The translations under genes were made by a program, and so were the position numbers. Below, piece by piece: positions 44,758-55,800 of a DNA stretch of 64,000 bases. The DNA comes from an uncultured delta proteobacterium (lineage in GTDB: Bacteria > Myxococcota_A > Polyangia > Polyangiales > JAFGIB01). The stretch spans positions 522,235-586,234 of the forward strand of contig CAVZVA010000009.1 in the NCBI GenBank assembly GCA_963778655.1, written 5' to 3'. Position 1 is the first letter of the stretch. Every line of letters begins with the position of its first letter. The notes under the pieces were generated by a model that searched no databases, was not told the DNA's origin, and saw only the letters and a list, made by a program, of their open reading frames with translations.

Positions 44758-44974
44758 GACCGCGCGAGGCTACGCTTGTTGTCAGCGTCGATCCACAGCC
44801 GCCGCTGCGAATGGGACGATGTGGGAGTTGCGCCGACGCAACGCAGCCGAGCGATTTCACGCTGCCACCCCTTCCCCTCTTGCGGGCACGCCGCGTCTTG
44901 CCGGCACGTCTTGCCGGCCGTCTTTTCGGCATGTCTGCTGAGCCGATCGGGCGCGCTCGCGGTACCGATTTGCC

Positions 44975-46738
44975 ATGCTGGAGAGGCGTTCGGCTCGGGC
45001 GATCGTGGTCGCGGTGGCAACGCTGGGGATGGCGTGCGCCGGGGGGCGCTCGGCGTCGGGCGATGGATCGGCGGCGGGCGGCGCAAGCGCGGCAACCGAG
45101 GCCGGAGCGCAAGGCGGTGGCGCTGCCACGGGCGGAGGCGGAGCGCCCGCCGGCGCGGGCCCCACAGGCGGTGGCTCCGCTGGCACCGGTGGCAGCGGCG
45201 GCTCAGCAGCTGGCGGCGGGACGGCGGGTGCCACGGGTGGGGGCGCCGCGGGCGTCGACGGGGGCACTGCCGGCTCGGACGGCGGCGCGGCCTGCTCGAT
45301 GGCGACCGAGGTCTCGCTCAACGACAGCGTCACCGGCAGCGGTCTCGATCAGCTCGACTACCAGGGTGACTGGTCGATTTCGGCCGGCGCCGGCAAGTAC
45401 CAGAACGATGATCACTACACCTCGAGCACGGGCGCGTCGGTCCGGCTACGGTTCGAAGGACAACGCGTCTCGCTGCGCGCGGCGAGAGCCTCGCACCACG
45501 GCATCGCGGAGGTGAGCCTCGACGGTGCGGGGCCCGAGGACGTCGACCTGTACGCCGCGCAGCGCGCGGACGACGTCGAGGTCTGGAGCCGCGGTGGCTT
45601 GTCGGCGGGCGAGCACGTGCTGCAAGTTGCGGCGTCCGGCCGCAGCAACTCCGCCTCCAGCGGGACCACGATCGCGATCGATCGCGTGGTCGTCACGCCC
45701 ACCGACTGCGGCGGGGGCTCGGGCGGCAGCGGGGGCTCGGGCGGCAGCGGGGGCTCGGGCGGCAGCGGGGGCTCGGGCGGCAGCGGCGCAACGGGCGGGA
45801 GCTCCGGCGCCACGGCGACACGCCCCAGCTACAACACCGGCTCCGGCTTCTTCGTGGTCGGCGACAAGCTCTACGACAGCAATGGCGCCGAGCTGCGCAT
45901 CCGCGGCGTCAACAAGCTGCACTGGGATGCCGACTCGCCCGGCATCCCGAGCACTCACGCCAACACCGTACGCTGGGACATCGATTTCTCGCGCTCGGCC
46001 GCCTCCAACGTGGCGCTGGTGCAGCAGTCGATCGACGACCACATGGTGCCGATGCCCGGCAACTGGGAGGGCACCTGCGACGAGAATACCTCGACCTTGA
46101 CCGGCATCGTCGATACCTGGGTGGCGCAGGCCGCGTCATGGAAGACGCTCGAGCCCTATATGATCCTCAACGTCGCCAACGAGTGGGGACCCTCGGGCAC
46201 GGCCTGGCGCGACGCCTACATCACCGCGATCGGCCGCCTGCGCGACGCCGGCTACCTGTGCACAATCGCGATCGATTCCGGCGGCTGTGGCCAGGACAAC
46301 GACGACCTGGCCAACTATGCACAGGCCGTGTTCGACAGCGATCCCCAGAAGAACGTGATCTTCTCGCAGCACATCTACGGCAACTGGGCGGGCGCCGGCG
46401 GCGAGTCGTGGCAGACCCAACTCGACCAGGGGCTCGACCGACTGGTCGCGACCGGCTTGCCGATGATCGTAGGCGAGTTCGGTCCGGGCCGCGGCATCGG
46501 CCCCTCGCCCACCGATCTGACGCCGCTCGAGATCATGCAGGCGTGCGAGGCGCGCGGGCTAGGCTGGCTGGCCTGGGCCTGGGACGATCCGGCGAGCAAC
46601 GCCGACGACACCTGGTTCGCGCTGTCCAAGAACGGTCGCTACGACTCGAGCAACGACCTGACCATGTTTGGCAAGGTCGTGGTCGAAGACCCGAGCTACG
46701 GGCTGCTCGCGCTCGCCAAGCCGGCGACGATCTTCTGA
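44975..46738 (+). CDS. secreted GH5-family glycoside hydrolase (mannanase-like) with N-terminal beta-sandwich carbohydrate-binding-like module
   Basis: The signal/lipobox is MLERRSARAIVVAVATLGMACAG, followed by a Gly-rich linker. A CBM-like module (…LDYQGDWSISAGAGKYQNDDHYTSS…IAIDRVVVTP) and a (GGS)7 linker come next. The catalytic domain has acid/base NVANEW and nucleophile MIVGEFG. Confidence 0.8.
   Translation: MLERRSARAIVVAVATLGMACAGGRSASGDGSAAGGASAATEAGAQGGGAATGGGGAPAGAGPTGGGSAGTGGSGGSAAGGGTAGATGGGAAGVDGGTAGSDGGAACSMATEVSLNDSVTGSGLDQLDYQGDWSISAGAGKYQNDDHYTSSTGASVRLRFEGQRVSLRAARASHHGIAEVSLDGAGPEDVDLYAAQRADDVEVWSRGGLSAGEHVLQVAASGRSNSASSGTTIAIDRVVVTPTDCGGGSGGSGGSGGSGGSGGSGGSGGSGATGGSSGATATRPSYNTGSGFFVVGDKLYDSNGAELRIRGVNKLHWDADSPGIPSTHANTVRWDIDFSRSAASNVALVQQSIDDHMVPMPGNWEGTCDENTSTLTGIVDTWVAQAASWKTLEPYMILNVANEWGPSGTAWRDAYITAIGRLRDAGYLCTIAIDSGGCGQDNDDLANYAQAVFDSDPQKNVIFSQHIYGNWAGAGGESWQTQLDQGLDRLVATGLPMIVGEFGPGRGIGPSPTDLTPLEIMQACEARGLGWLAWAWDDPASNADDTWFALSKNGRYDSSNDLTMFGKVVVEDPSYGLLALAKPATIF
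45711..45782. repeat. perfect 18-bp x 4 tandem repeat encoding a (GGS)n linker
   Basis: gcgggggctcgggcggca is repeated exactly four times at 45711-45782, in-frame in the GH5 gene. Confidence 0.9.
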
Positions 46739-46814
46739 CTCGGGCGATTACTCACAGCCCGCACGAAGCGGACGAGATCCCCGCGATTCTGGACCGCGGA
46801 ACGACTCGGCACGG

Positions 46815-47250
46815 CTATGGCTCGACGTAGCGCCACAGGCCGGCGCCCCAGTTGGCGGTGACGATGACGGTGTGATTGCCGTCGCGGATCACCGCGGCCC
46901 GTGCGGGGCCGATGGTCATCGCGGCCGGAGTGCCGGGCATGCTCCATGCGCCCGTCCCCGGCTGCGCGGCCAGCTCGAGGCTCGGGTCCAGCATGCCGCC
47001 CAGGCCCACCGCGCCGCTGTTCATGGCGTTGACACTCTTCGCTGTGCCGAAGACCGTGGCCTCGTTGGCCGTGCCGCCGATGTGGCTCCAGGTTTGTCCG
47101 TAGTCCGCGCTGCGCAGCACACCCCAGCCGAGCGCCGAGTAGGCGCCGGCCATGTAGTGACCACACAGATCGGGTTGGCGCGGTCGAAGTCGATGAACCA
47201 GACGATCCTGGATCTCCGCTTCGTTCGCGCTCGGGTCAGGCGCGCAGCGC
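46815..47250 (-). pseudogene. C-terminal remnant of a BNR/Asp-box beta-propeller protein, frameshifted and N-terminally truncated
   Basis: The 112-aa ORF contains the Asp-box LRSADYGQTW. Immediately upstream a different frame reads …IVWFIDFDRANPI…, which is protein-like. Only about 100 nt are available before the stop of the neighbouring gene at 47252. Confidence 0.45.
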
Positions 47251-47251
47251 G

Positions 47252-47698
47252 CTACCCGCGGCGGCGGGTGGTGAGCTTGGCGAGCAACTCAGGATCGGTG
47301 GGCTCGATCGTGTGGCCTTCGGGAAAGGGGGCGCGGCCAGTTTGGCCGAGGGCCTGCAAGGCCGTCGGGTGTTGGTAGTACTGCATAAAGACGAAGAGCT
47401 GGAGCATGCCGAGCGCCGGCTGCTGTGCCATTACCGCCGCCAGCAGCTGCTCGCGCGCCTCGGGGTCGAGCGCGGGTAGGCCAGCTGGATCACGCGCGCG
47501 AGCGGCGTCGTACACGGCGCCGAGCGCTGCGGCGGCGGGTGCGGCGAGCATGGGGCTCGCGCTGAGCTGCTTACGGAGCCCTGCGGCGAGGCCCAGCGCA
47601 CCGGCACCTGGCATCGTCTCGCTCGGCGGGATCAATGTGTCGAGCAGAGCGTCGAGGAAGGCATCATCGCCGAGGGGATCGCGGGCTGCGTCGGTCAT
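47252..47698 (-). CDS. gluconate 2-dehydrogenase subunit 3-family protein (small subunit of GMC dehydrogenase)
   Basis: …FLDALLDTLIPPSETMPGAGALGLA…FVFMQYYQHP… is typical of this family. The gene starts 5 nt after the stop of the GMC flavoprotein gene. Confidence 0.75.
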   Translation of the reverse strand: MTDAARDPLGDDAFLDALLDTLIPPSETMPGAGALGLAAGLRKQLSASPMLAAPAAAALGAVYDAARARDPAGLPALDPEAREQLLAAVMAQQPALGMLQLFVFMQYYQHPTALQALGQTGRAPFPEGHTIEPTDPELLAKLTTRRRG

Positions 47699-47702
47699 GG
47701 CT

Positions 47703-49304
47703 TCACTCGAAGAGGTGATCGATCTTCTGTTTGATGGCGTCGGCGACGTAGAGCGCCAGCGCTTGGATCGTCGCCGTGGGGTTCACGGCACCGGAGGTGA
47801 CGAACAGGCTGCCGTCGACGATGAAGAGGTTCTTCACGTCGTGGCTGCGTCCCCAGGCGTTCACCACGGAGGTCTCCGGGTCGTGGCCCATGCGCGCGGT
47901 GCCCATCAGGTGCCAGCCCGCGCCCGGCATCAGATCGAGCGTAACCACCTCCGATGCGCCCGCCGCCTTGAGCACCTCGGTCGCGCGCTGCTTGCCGTGC
48001 GCGAGGATCTTGCGGGTGTTCTCGCTCAGCGCGTAGGTGATCTTCGGCGCCGGGATGCCGTGGCCGTCCTTGAGCTCGGGGTCGAGCGTGACCGTGTTGT
48101 GCAGCTCCGGCAAGTCCTCACTCATGGTCAAGAGGCCCGCCGTGTGGTTGAAGAGCTTGCGGTAGCTCGCGTGGTGCGCCTTGCCCCAGCGCACGCGGCC
48201 GCGCTGCAACCCCATCATCGCGGTCTGCATCGGCCCGAACCCTCGCAGGGCTTCGAAGCTGTAGCCACGGTGGAAGCCGCGGGCCCGATCGCTCGCGTAG
48301 AACTCATGGCTGAGCAGGCAGCAGCCGATGGGCCCATGGTGGTCCAGCTCTTCCTCGAACAGGCCGATCGCGGTGCCGCAAGGGTGGAACATCAGGTTCT
48401 TGCCCACGAGCCCGCTGCGGTTGGCGAGGCCGCTGGGGAAGCGACCGGAGGTCGAATTCAGCAGCAGGCGCGGCGTGCCGACGCCGTTGCACGCGAGCAC
48501 GACGATCTCCGCCTTTTGCTCGTGCAGCGTTCCGTCGCGGTCGTAGTAAAGCACGCCGCCGGCCTGCCCGTCGGGCCGCAGGGTGACCTCGCGCACCCGG
48601 CAGCCGGTGCGGATCTCGACGCCGCGGCGCTGCGCGAGCGGCCAATAGGTGATATCGGTGCTCGCCTTGGCGCCTTGTGCGCAGCCGCTCATGCACGGGC
48701 TGAGGTTGATGCACGGGGCGCGGCCCTCGTACTCAGTCGTGGCGATGGCCGCGTCCGAAGGCCACCAGTGCCAGCCGAGGCGCTCGAAGCCACGCGCCAG
48801 CGCGTTTCCCACCTTGCCGAGCGGCACTGGCGGCATGGGCGGGTTACGCGGCGGGCTGAGCGGGTTACCCGCGAGCCCCGAGACGCCCATCATCTTGTCG
48901 TTGAGGTCGAAGAACGGCGCCAGCGTCTCGAAGCCGATCGGCCAGTCGTCGGCGATGCCATCGGTCGAGCGCACGTGGAAATCGTCAGGCTCGAGCCGCG
49001 GGAAGTGCGCAGCCCACTGGATGGTGCTGCCGCCGACGCCGTTCCACATCACCGGGTTGATCGGCGACTGCGCGGCGTTGATCGGGTAGTCCTCGGGGCG
49101 CTTGCGCACGTTCGGATCGGTCGAGAGCTGGCGCATGGCGCGCATCTCGTAGTCGGGGAAGTTCGTCGGGTAGTCCGAGGGCTTCATCCAGCCGCCTTGC
49201 TCGAGGCAGAGGATGCGCATGCGGGTCTCCGACAAGCTCCACGCGAACGCGGCCGCCGAGGCGCCGGCGCCCACGATCAGCACGTCGACTGGATCGTTGG
49301 ACAT
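47703..49304 (-). CDS. GMC-family FAD-dependent oxidoreductase
   Basis: ATG 49304 gives MSNDPVDVLIVGAGASAAAFAWSLSE, the FAD GxGxxG. The C-terminal GMC region is …HLMGTARMGHDPETSVVNAWGRSHDVKNLFIVDGSLFVTSGAVNPTATIQALA. Confidence 0.9.
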   Translation of the reverse strand: MSNDPVDVLIVGAGASAAAFAWSLSETRMRILCLEQGGWMKPSDYPTNFPDYEMRAMRQLSTDPNVRKRPEDYPINAAQSPINPVMWNGVGGSTIQWAAHFPRLEPDDFHVRSTDGIADDWPIGFETLAPFFDLNDKMMGVSGLAGNPLSPPRNPPMPPVPLGKVGNALARGFERLGWHWWPSDAAIATTEYEGRAPCINLSPCMSGCAQGAKASTDITYWPLAQRRGVEIRTGCRVREVTLRPDGQAGGVLYYDRDGTLHEQKAEIVVLACNGVGTPRLLLNSTSGRFPSGLANRSGLVGKNLMFHPCGTAIGLFEEELDHHGPIGCCLLSHEFYASDRARGFHRGYSFEALRGFGPMQTAMMGLQRGRVRWGKAHHASYRKLFNHTAGLLTMSEDLPELHNTVTLDPELKDGHGIPAPKITYALSENTRKILAHGKQRATEVLKAAGASEVVTLDLMPGAGWHLMGTARMGHDPETSVVNAWGRSHDVKNLFIVDGSLFVTSGAVNPTATIQALALYVADAIKQKIDHLFE

Positions 49305-49658
49305 GGGTGGGACTATACAGAGCTGCCGAACGGCGGAACAAGGTGGATCATCAAAGCTGGTGACCTGCCGAGGCATTTTCTGGAATGATCCAGGTAGCGG
49401 CGGACGGAGGCAGGCAGGACGACCTCGTTGGCCTCGCGGATCAAGCGCGTGATCGCGGTGTGATCCGGCATGACATAGGCGGCGTCCGACGCAGCCCGCC
49501 GCTCGCGGTGCTGTCGGCGGCATTTCTGTCCTCGCCCCCTAACAGCTCGGATCGATGCAAACGCGGTCGTGGGCCCCGAGTTGTCATCGCACTTGTTGCC
49601 GACGACATCCTGTCGGCCGAGTCGGGCGGCGTCGAGCGTGCTCTGACAAATGGCCAGC

Positions 49659-49832
49659 CTATCGCGTTCGGGGTATCCCGACGAAACGGAGCCGGCAGTC
49701 GCCACAGCGGTAGACGCCCAATCCGAACAGCCTCAAGGCGAGTCTTGCGGCCCCGCTTCGGATGCGCGAACGGGCGATGGATTGGCTTTCGCAGCGCGGA
49801 CATTCGCGCGCTGACGTCTTCGGAGCGGGCAT
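49659..49832 (-). CDS. small zinc-ribbon protein (57 aa), tentative
   Basis: The sequence is MPAPKTSARECPRCESQSIARSRIRSGAARLALRLFGLGVYRCGDCRLRFVGIPRTR, with CxxC-x28-CxxC. GC3 is about 71% by hand count, above the local GC. It lies directly downstream of the glucan synthase gene. Confidence 0.4.
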   Translation of the reverse strand: MPAPKTSARECPRCESQSIARSRIRSGAARLALRLFGLGVYRCGDCRLRFVGIPRTR

Positions 49833-49882
49833 CCTCGTGTTCTGGGCACTTTGGCCAGCCGCTCTCGGATCGGGGCGACCCA

Positions 49883-52800
49883 TCATCGGATGCGCTCGAA
49901 CGTGCCTGGCTCGATGGCACGCTGGCCGATGACCGCGCGCACCAGGTGCGAGCCCCCGTCATCGGTGAAGGGAATCGCCGCGCTGTCGATTTGCAGCCCA
50001 TCGAGCTCCACGTGGACGACCCCGCGGCTCTTGCGCTCCGGATTCTCGACCGTGATCTCGTAGCGGGTAGCTCCCAGCCTCAGAATGACGCTGAAGCGGG
50101 GCCACGTAGCTGGAATGCACGGCTCGAGCGCGAAGGTGTCCCCGCGGCGGCGTACCCCGAGGATCGCCTCGAGTCCGGCTCGATACATCCAGGCAGCGGA
50201 GCCTGTATACCATGTCCAGCCGCCGCGGCCCGCGTGAGAAGGATTGGTATATACGTCTCCGGCGACGACGTACGGCTCGACCTTGTAACGCTCGATGGCT
50301 GCGGGTGTCCGTGTGTGATTCACCGGATTGAGCAGGTGGAAGAGCTCCATGGCTTCGTCGCCATTGCCCATTTCTGCTGCGGCCATCACGAGCCAAAGGG
50401 CGGCGTGCGTGTATTGGCCCCCGTTCTCGCGAACTCCAGGCGGGTAGCCCTTGATGTAGCCCGGGTCCTGGGCCGAGTGATCAAAAGGTGGCGACAGGAG
50501 CGGCACGACGCCTGCTTCGCGCCGCACCAGAAGTGTGCGCACTGAGTCCATCGCGCGCTCCGCACGGCTGGCGGCGGCGCGCCCAGAGAGCACGCTCCAC
50601 GATTGCGAGATCGAGTCGATGCGGCACTCCTCGTTCTGGGCCGAGCCGAGCGCGGTACCGTCGTCGAAATAGGCGCGCGTGTACCAGTCCCCATCCCAGC
50701 TCTGATCGAGCGCAGCGCCGAGGCGGGTCGCCTCGCTTCGAAACCGAGCCGCGTGTTCGATGTCGCCTTGGCCTTCAGAGACACGTGCGAAGTCGGTGAG
50801 GACTTTCGACAAGAACCATCCGAGCCACACGCTTTCGCCGCGGCCGCCGATCCCAACGCGATTCATTCCGTCGTTCCAATCACCACTACCGATCAGCGGC
50901 AAGCCATGGACTCCATGGGTGAGCCCTCGGTCGATCGCGCGAATGCAGTGCTCGTACAATGTAGCGTCCTGCTTCGAGACCACGGGGTGGCCGTAGGCTT
51001 CCTGCTCGTTCGTTGCGAGCACCGGCCCCTCCAGAAAGGCAACGCGCTCTTCGAGTACCGCGCGATCGCCAGTGGCTTCAACGTAGTGTGCAACCACAAA
51101 CGGCAGCCACAAGAGGTCGTCGGAGCAACGCGTGCGCGCGCCGGCCCCTGAGTGAGGATGCCACCAGTGCTGAACATCCCCCTGCACGAATTGGCGTGCC
51201 CCTGAGCGCAGCAGATGCTCGCGGCAGAGCTCGGGCGCGGCGAAGGTCAGTGCCATCACATCCTGCAGCTGGTCTCGGAAGCCGTACGCCCCGCCGGGCT
51301 GGTAGTAGGCAGTGCGCGCCCAGAGCCGGCACGCGATGGCTTGATAGAGCAGCCAAGGATTCAGCAGCAGATCGAACGAATCGTCGGGGGTGTGGACCTC
51401 GACCGCGCCGAGAAGGCGCTCCCACTGTCGCTCGACCTCAGCCAGTGCCCGCAGCGCCGCGGGCACTTCGCCAAAGGCGTCGATCAACGCGAGGGCTGCG
51501 GCTCGGTCTTCGCCCTGACCGAGCAGAACCACGATTTGCCTCGTCTCGCCCGCGGCGAGCTCGACCGATCGCTGGAGCGCAGCGCACGGTTCGAGCCCGG
51601 CCCCGAAGCGGCCCGAAAGCTTCGTGCGACCGAGGCCAGCGGGTTGAGCCAGGCTGCCGTTGCGGCCGATGAACTCGAGACGGTCGCCGGTCGCCGACTG
51701 CAGGATACCCGCATAGGCGAAAGCCACACGCTCGGCAAAATCGCGATTGTAGCGATTGCTTGCCAACACGGCTGACGACGCTGCGTGAAGCTCGGTGGTC
51801 ACGTGCAGCTGATCACCGGCGACCGGTGGACAGAGCCTCCAGTCGTTGTAGGCGTAGACGCTGATGCGGCGGGCACGTGGACCATGGTTGGTAAGCGTCA
51901 GCAGAGCAAAGCGCACCGGCTCCGTGACGTGTGCGAAGATCGCGAGCTCTTGACCGATTCCGCGCTCGTTGTGCAGGTAACGAGTCACGCCGGCGGCGTG
52001 GCGCACGACCCAGCGTTCGCCGTCGGGCCCGCGGCGCAGCGGTCCGGGCGTCGCTCCCCACGCGCGACCGTCTTCGTCGTCCCGCAGGTAGATGGCCTCT
52101 GCCGTCTCTTCGGTGACCGGGTCATTGGCAAACGGCGTGAGCCGGTTCTCCCGGCTGTTCTCCGACCAGGTGTAGGCCGGCCCGGCCGCCGTCACGACGC
52201 TGCCGAAGCGCGGGTTGGCGAGCACGTTCGCCCACGGGAGCGGCGTTTGCTCAGCGCCATCGAGCACGATCACGTACTCGCGACCACCCTGAGCAAAGCC
52301 GCCGCGCCCGTTCCAATGCACGAGCGCCGGCAGCGCCAACTTGGGCGGCGTGCCGGTCTGGAGTGATCGGCTGGAGTTGGGCTCGATTCGGCTCGGGAGC
52401 GCCGGAGGCCATGCCGGCTCCTCGGGCACCCGTTGCAGCTGCTGTTCGATGGTACCGGCACCGCCGCGCAACACCACGCGGGCCACCGCGAAGAACAGGT
52501 TCCGCTCGGCCTCCCCGAGGCCGTCGCCGCGAAGCAAGAATGTCCCGCCCGCGCGGTTCTTCCACGCCCCCCATGCCCCGCCTGCGAGCAGTGCCTCGAG
52601 CTGCTCGTGCATCTCGTCGCGATAGCCGATCGGGTGATCGTTCAATACGAGCACGTCCGCGCTCAGGCCCTTCATGCGCCAATACTCTTGCGCGTGAAGC
52701 AACTCGCCGACCAACGGTACGTCGTCCGGCTCGAGCACCTGCAGCAAGAGTATCGGCAGGTCTCCCGAAATGCCGCGAGGCCAAAGGCCGCTTTGGCCGA

Positions 52801-55800
52801 GCACGTTGCGCGCGATCAGCTCTGGAGCAGCACGTAAGGAGTGGTCGATGTAGAATACGCGCGACGCGAGCCGCTCGAAGAGCTGCGCTTGCTCCAGCGA
52901 AATTCCCAAGTGGCGCACCGCGATCCCCAGTTGTGTGGCCGCCAGCGAAAAACTGCGTGAGGCCGAAGTCGGATCCGCGTACTTCATGCACAAGGCGACC
53001 GCCGCCGTGCGCTCCGCGGCCATTCCTGTCGCAAATGTGACCCTGGCACGCGCGCCTGGCCGGAGCCGAATGCGCTGCCGGAGGCTGAGAATCGGGTCCA
53101 GCGTGACCCCGCCAGTTCCAGACAGCGCGCGCCCATCCAGCGCGACGGGATCCCTACGGCTGCGGCCGCGGCCGATGAAGCGCTCGCGATCGGTTTCCCA
53201 CTCCGCGGCGTATTGCGCCCGTCCGTCGAGGCTCAAGACGTGCACCACGAAATCGCCCGGGTCCCCGGCCGAGCGGGGCCGTCTCCCGCATATGAGCGAC
53301 CCGGTGTCCGGTCGACACTCGGTCTCCAAGAACAGCTTACCGAATGCCGGATGCGCGAGATCATCGCCGCGCGATGCAAGTGCCACTTCGACGTAGCTCG
53401 TAACCTCGATCTCGCGGACTTCCGGGCCGCGGTTGATCAGCGTGAGCCGGCGAACATCGACGTCATCTTCCGGAGAAACGGCAACTTCGAGCAAAGTCTC
53501 GATTTCGTCCACACGTTGGCGAATCGTGGCTTTGTCCGGCAAAAACGTCGCGAGGTAGCTGTCGGGCTCCCGGCAGGTCGGTTGATACGTCGCCGACCAG
53601 ACCTGCCCCGAGCGCACGTCGCGCAGATAGATGAACTGGCTTCCCGGATCGGTGATGGCGTCCTCCCGCCACCTCGTCACCGCCTTGCCACGACAGATGC
53701 TGGCACCGCCGCCGCCATTCGTGATGACCGTGGTATAGCTGCCGTTCGAAAGAAACGCCGCGTGCGGATCTCGCGTGGCCGGGGTCCGAAAGCGACGCGG
53801 CGTGGCAGCCATGACCGGCGGGGCCACATGCGTGAGCTCGACGATCGGCCGGGGCCTCGTCAATGGCACGAAGGTCGGCATGCGCTCTTGGAGCAAGAGC
53901 TCCGTGGCTCGAACGCGCGGATGCGCGTGAAAGCGCGAGACCATGATGTCGCCGCACACTGCGTTGGCGAGCGCGACCAGCGTCATGCCTTGATGGTGTG
54001 CAAGAAAGATCCGAACAGACTGACCCTGCGCAGCGCTCGGAGTGGGTGCGTCTTCGCTGCCCTCGTAGGGCTCCCGTGGCGTGTGGTCCACAGCATCGTA
54101 GAACCCGTACCGACCGAGGGCGCCTTCGTGCGCCAATCGCCGCAGGTTTGCAGCCGCCTGTGCGGGGTCCACGGCGGCCGCCAGCGCAGTCGCGTAGGGT
54201 GCGACTACGAGGTCGTCGGCCAAGCCTCGCTTCAGTCCCAGCAGAGGCACGCCGAATGCCTTGTATTGATAGTTGCCGTGTCGGTCCATGACGTTGAACG
54301 CAGACTCGGAGATCCCCCAAGCCACGTGGTGCGCTCGACCGTAGTCGATTTGGGCTCCGACGGCGGCTCCACACGACTGGTCGAGCAGCGTGTTCGGGTA
54401 GCTCCGCATCAGCAGGCGCGGCATCAGGTATTCGAACATCGAGCCACTCCAGGATACGATCGTCGGTGTGCCGCTCACGCCTACCAGAGAGCGGCCAAGC
54501 TGGAACCAATGGCCCTGGGGGACGTCGCCTTTCGCGATCGCGAAGAAGCTGGCAAGTCGTGCTTCCGACGCGAGCAGATCGTAGTACCCGCTGTCGAGGC
54601 GCCCTGGACCTTCGGGGTCGGCGAGCCGGTATCCGATCGAGAAGATGCGCCGATTTCCGTCGTACAAGAAGCCGAAGCTCATCGAGTACGCGAACACCTC
54701 AGCGCTGCCGGCGAGGGCGAGTAGCTGCTCCCGCGTACCTTGGGCGGTGTCGTCATCCTCTCTGCGGCGCAGCAGCTCGAGCAGCGCGCGACTCCAGTCG
54801 TCGATGTCCACACGCTCTGCGGAGGGACCGGGGTCGGATGGAAGCCGTGCGATCAGGCATTCGAGCTCGGTCGCAAGGCGTTCCTGCGCTCCAATTACAT
54901 GTAACCCGGCGCCGGTCGCAGCCGTGAGAGCAACGAGCTCAGGCGTGACGCGCGCGACGCATGCGTCCAGCTCGCGCTCCGTAGCGTCCCGCGGAAACAA
55001 TGCGAGGCTCTCGCTCAAGAGTGACGCGGTATCGACAATCGCGTCGAGCGCGAGCCTCTCGTCCGCCGGGCCCTGTGCCAGCCCGCGCAGACCTTCCGCC
55101 AGAGCCACCAGCGAGCCGGCCAGGTTTCCGCTGTCGACGGTGGAGACGTAGCGAGGCAACAGCGGGGCGAGACTTTTGGTGTCGTACCAGTTGAAGAAAT
55201 GCCCCTTGTGGCGTTCGAGCTTGGCGAGCGTTCCGAGCGTGCAGGTGATCCGCTCGATCAGATCGGCGCGACTGATGAACCCGAGGTCGTGCGCCGATAG
55301 GCTCGCAAGCAGCCCCATACCGATGTTCGTCGGGGAGGTGCGATGGGCCACGCGCGCGTCGGGAAGCTCTTGATGGTTGTCTGGCGGGAGAAAGTGGTCC
55401 TCTTCGCCGGCAAAGTGCTCGAAGTAACGCCAGGTTCCACGGGCGTGCCGGCGCAAGAAAATCCGGTCTTCGACCGACAACGGGCGCGCGCGCGCCTGTG
55501 CTGGCCGACTCAGCCAGTACGCCACCAGCGGCGAGGAGAGCCAAAGAATCAGAAACGGCAGCGCTGAAGGCACGGCGACCGGCCGCGTCGCGAACAGAAT
55601 CGAAAGCAGTGCGAGCGAAAGAACCGGACCGAACCACATCCGACGGGCAAAACTGCCCACCCCGATCAGACCCGCGTGCCTCGACGTCGCCATCGCCGCG
55701 GTCTCCCACTCGAGCAGTCTCCGCTGGGTTATGACCAAACGTACGAGCGTCAGCCCTATCGCAAGCAGCATTTCCGCGGCCTGGTAGGCCAGCATCGTCA

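Noticed and set aside
49313-49471. A 52-aa ORF, MPDHTAITRLIREANEVVLPASVRRYLDHS…. Its first 27 codons have very high GC3 and faintly resemble an AbrB/MazE-type antitoxin N-terminus.
   Set aside because: It is too short. GC3 collapses in the second half. No SD and no partner toxin gene are present. It may be a gene remnant, but I cannot support a call.
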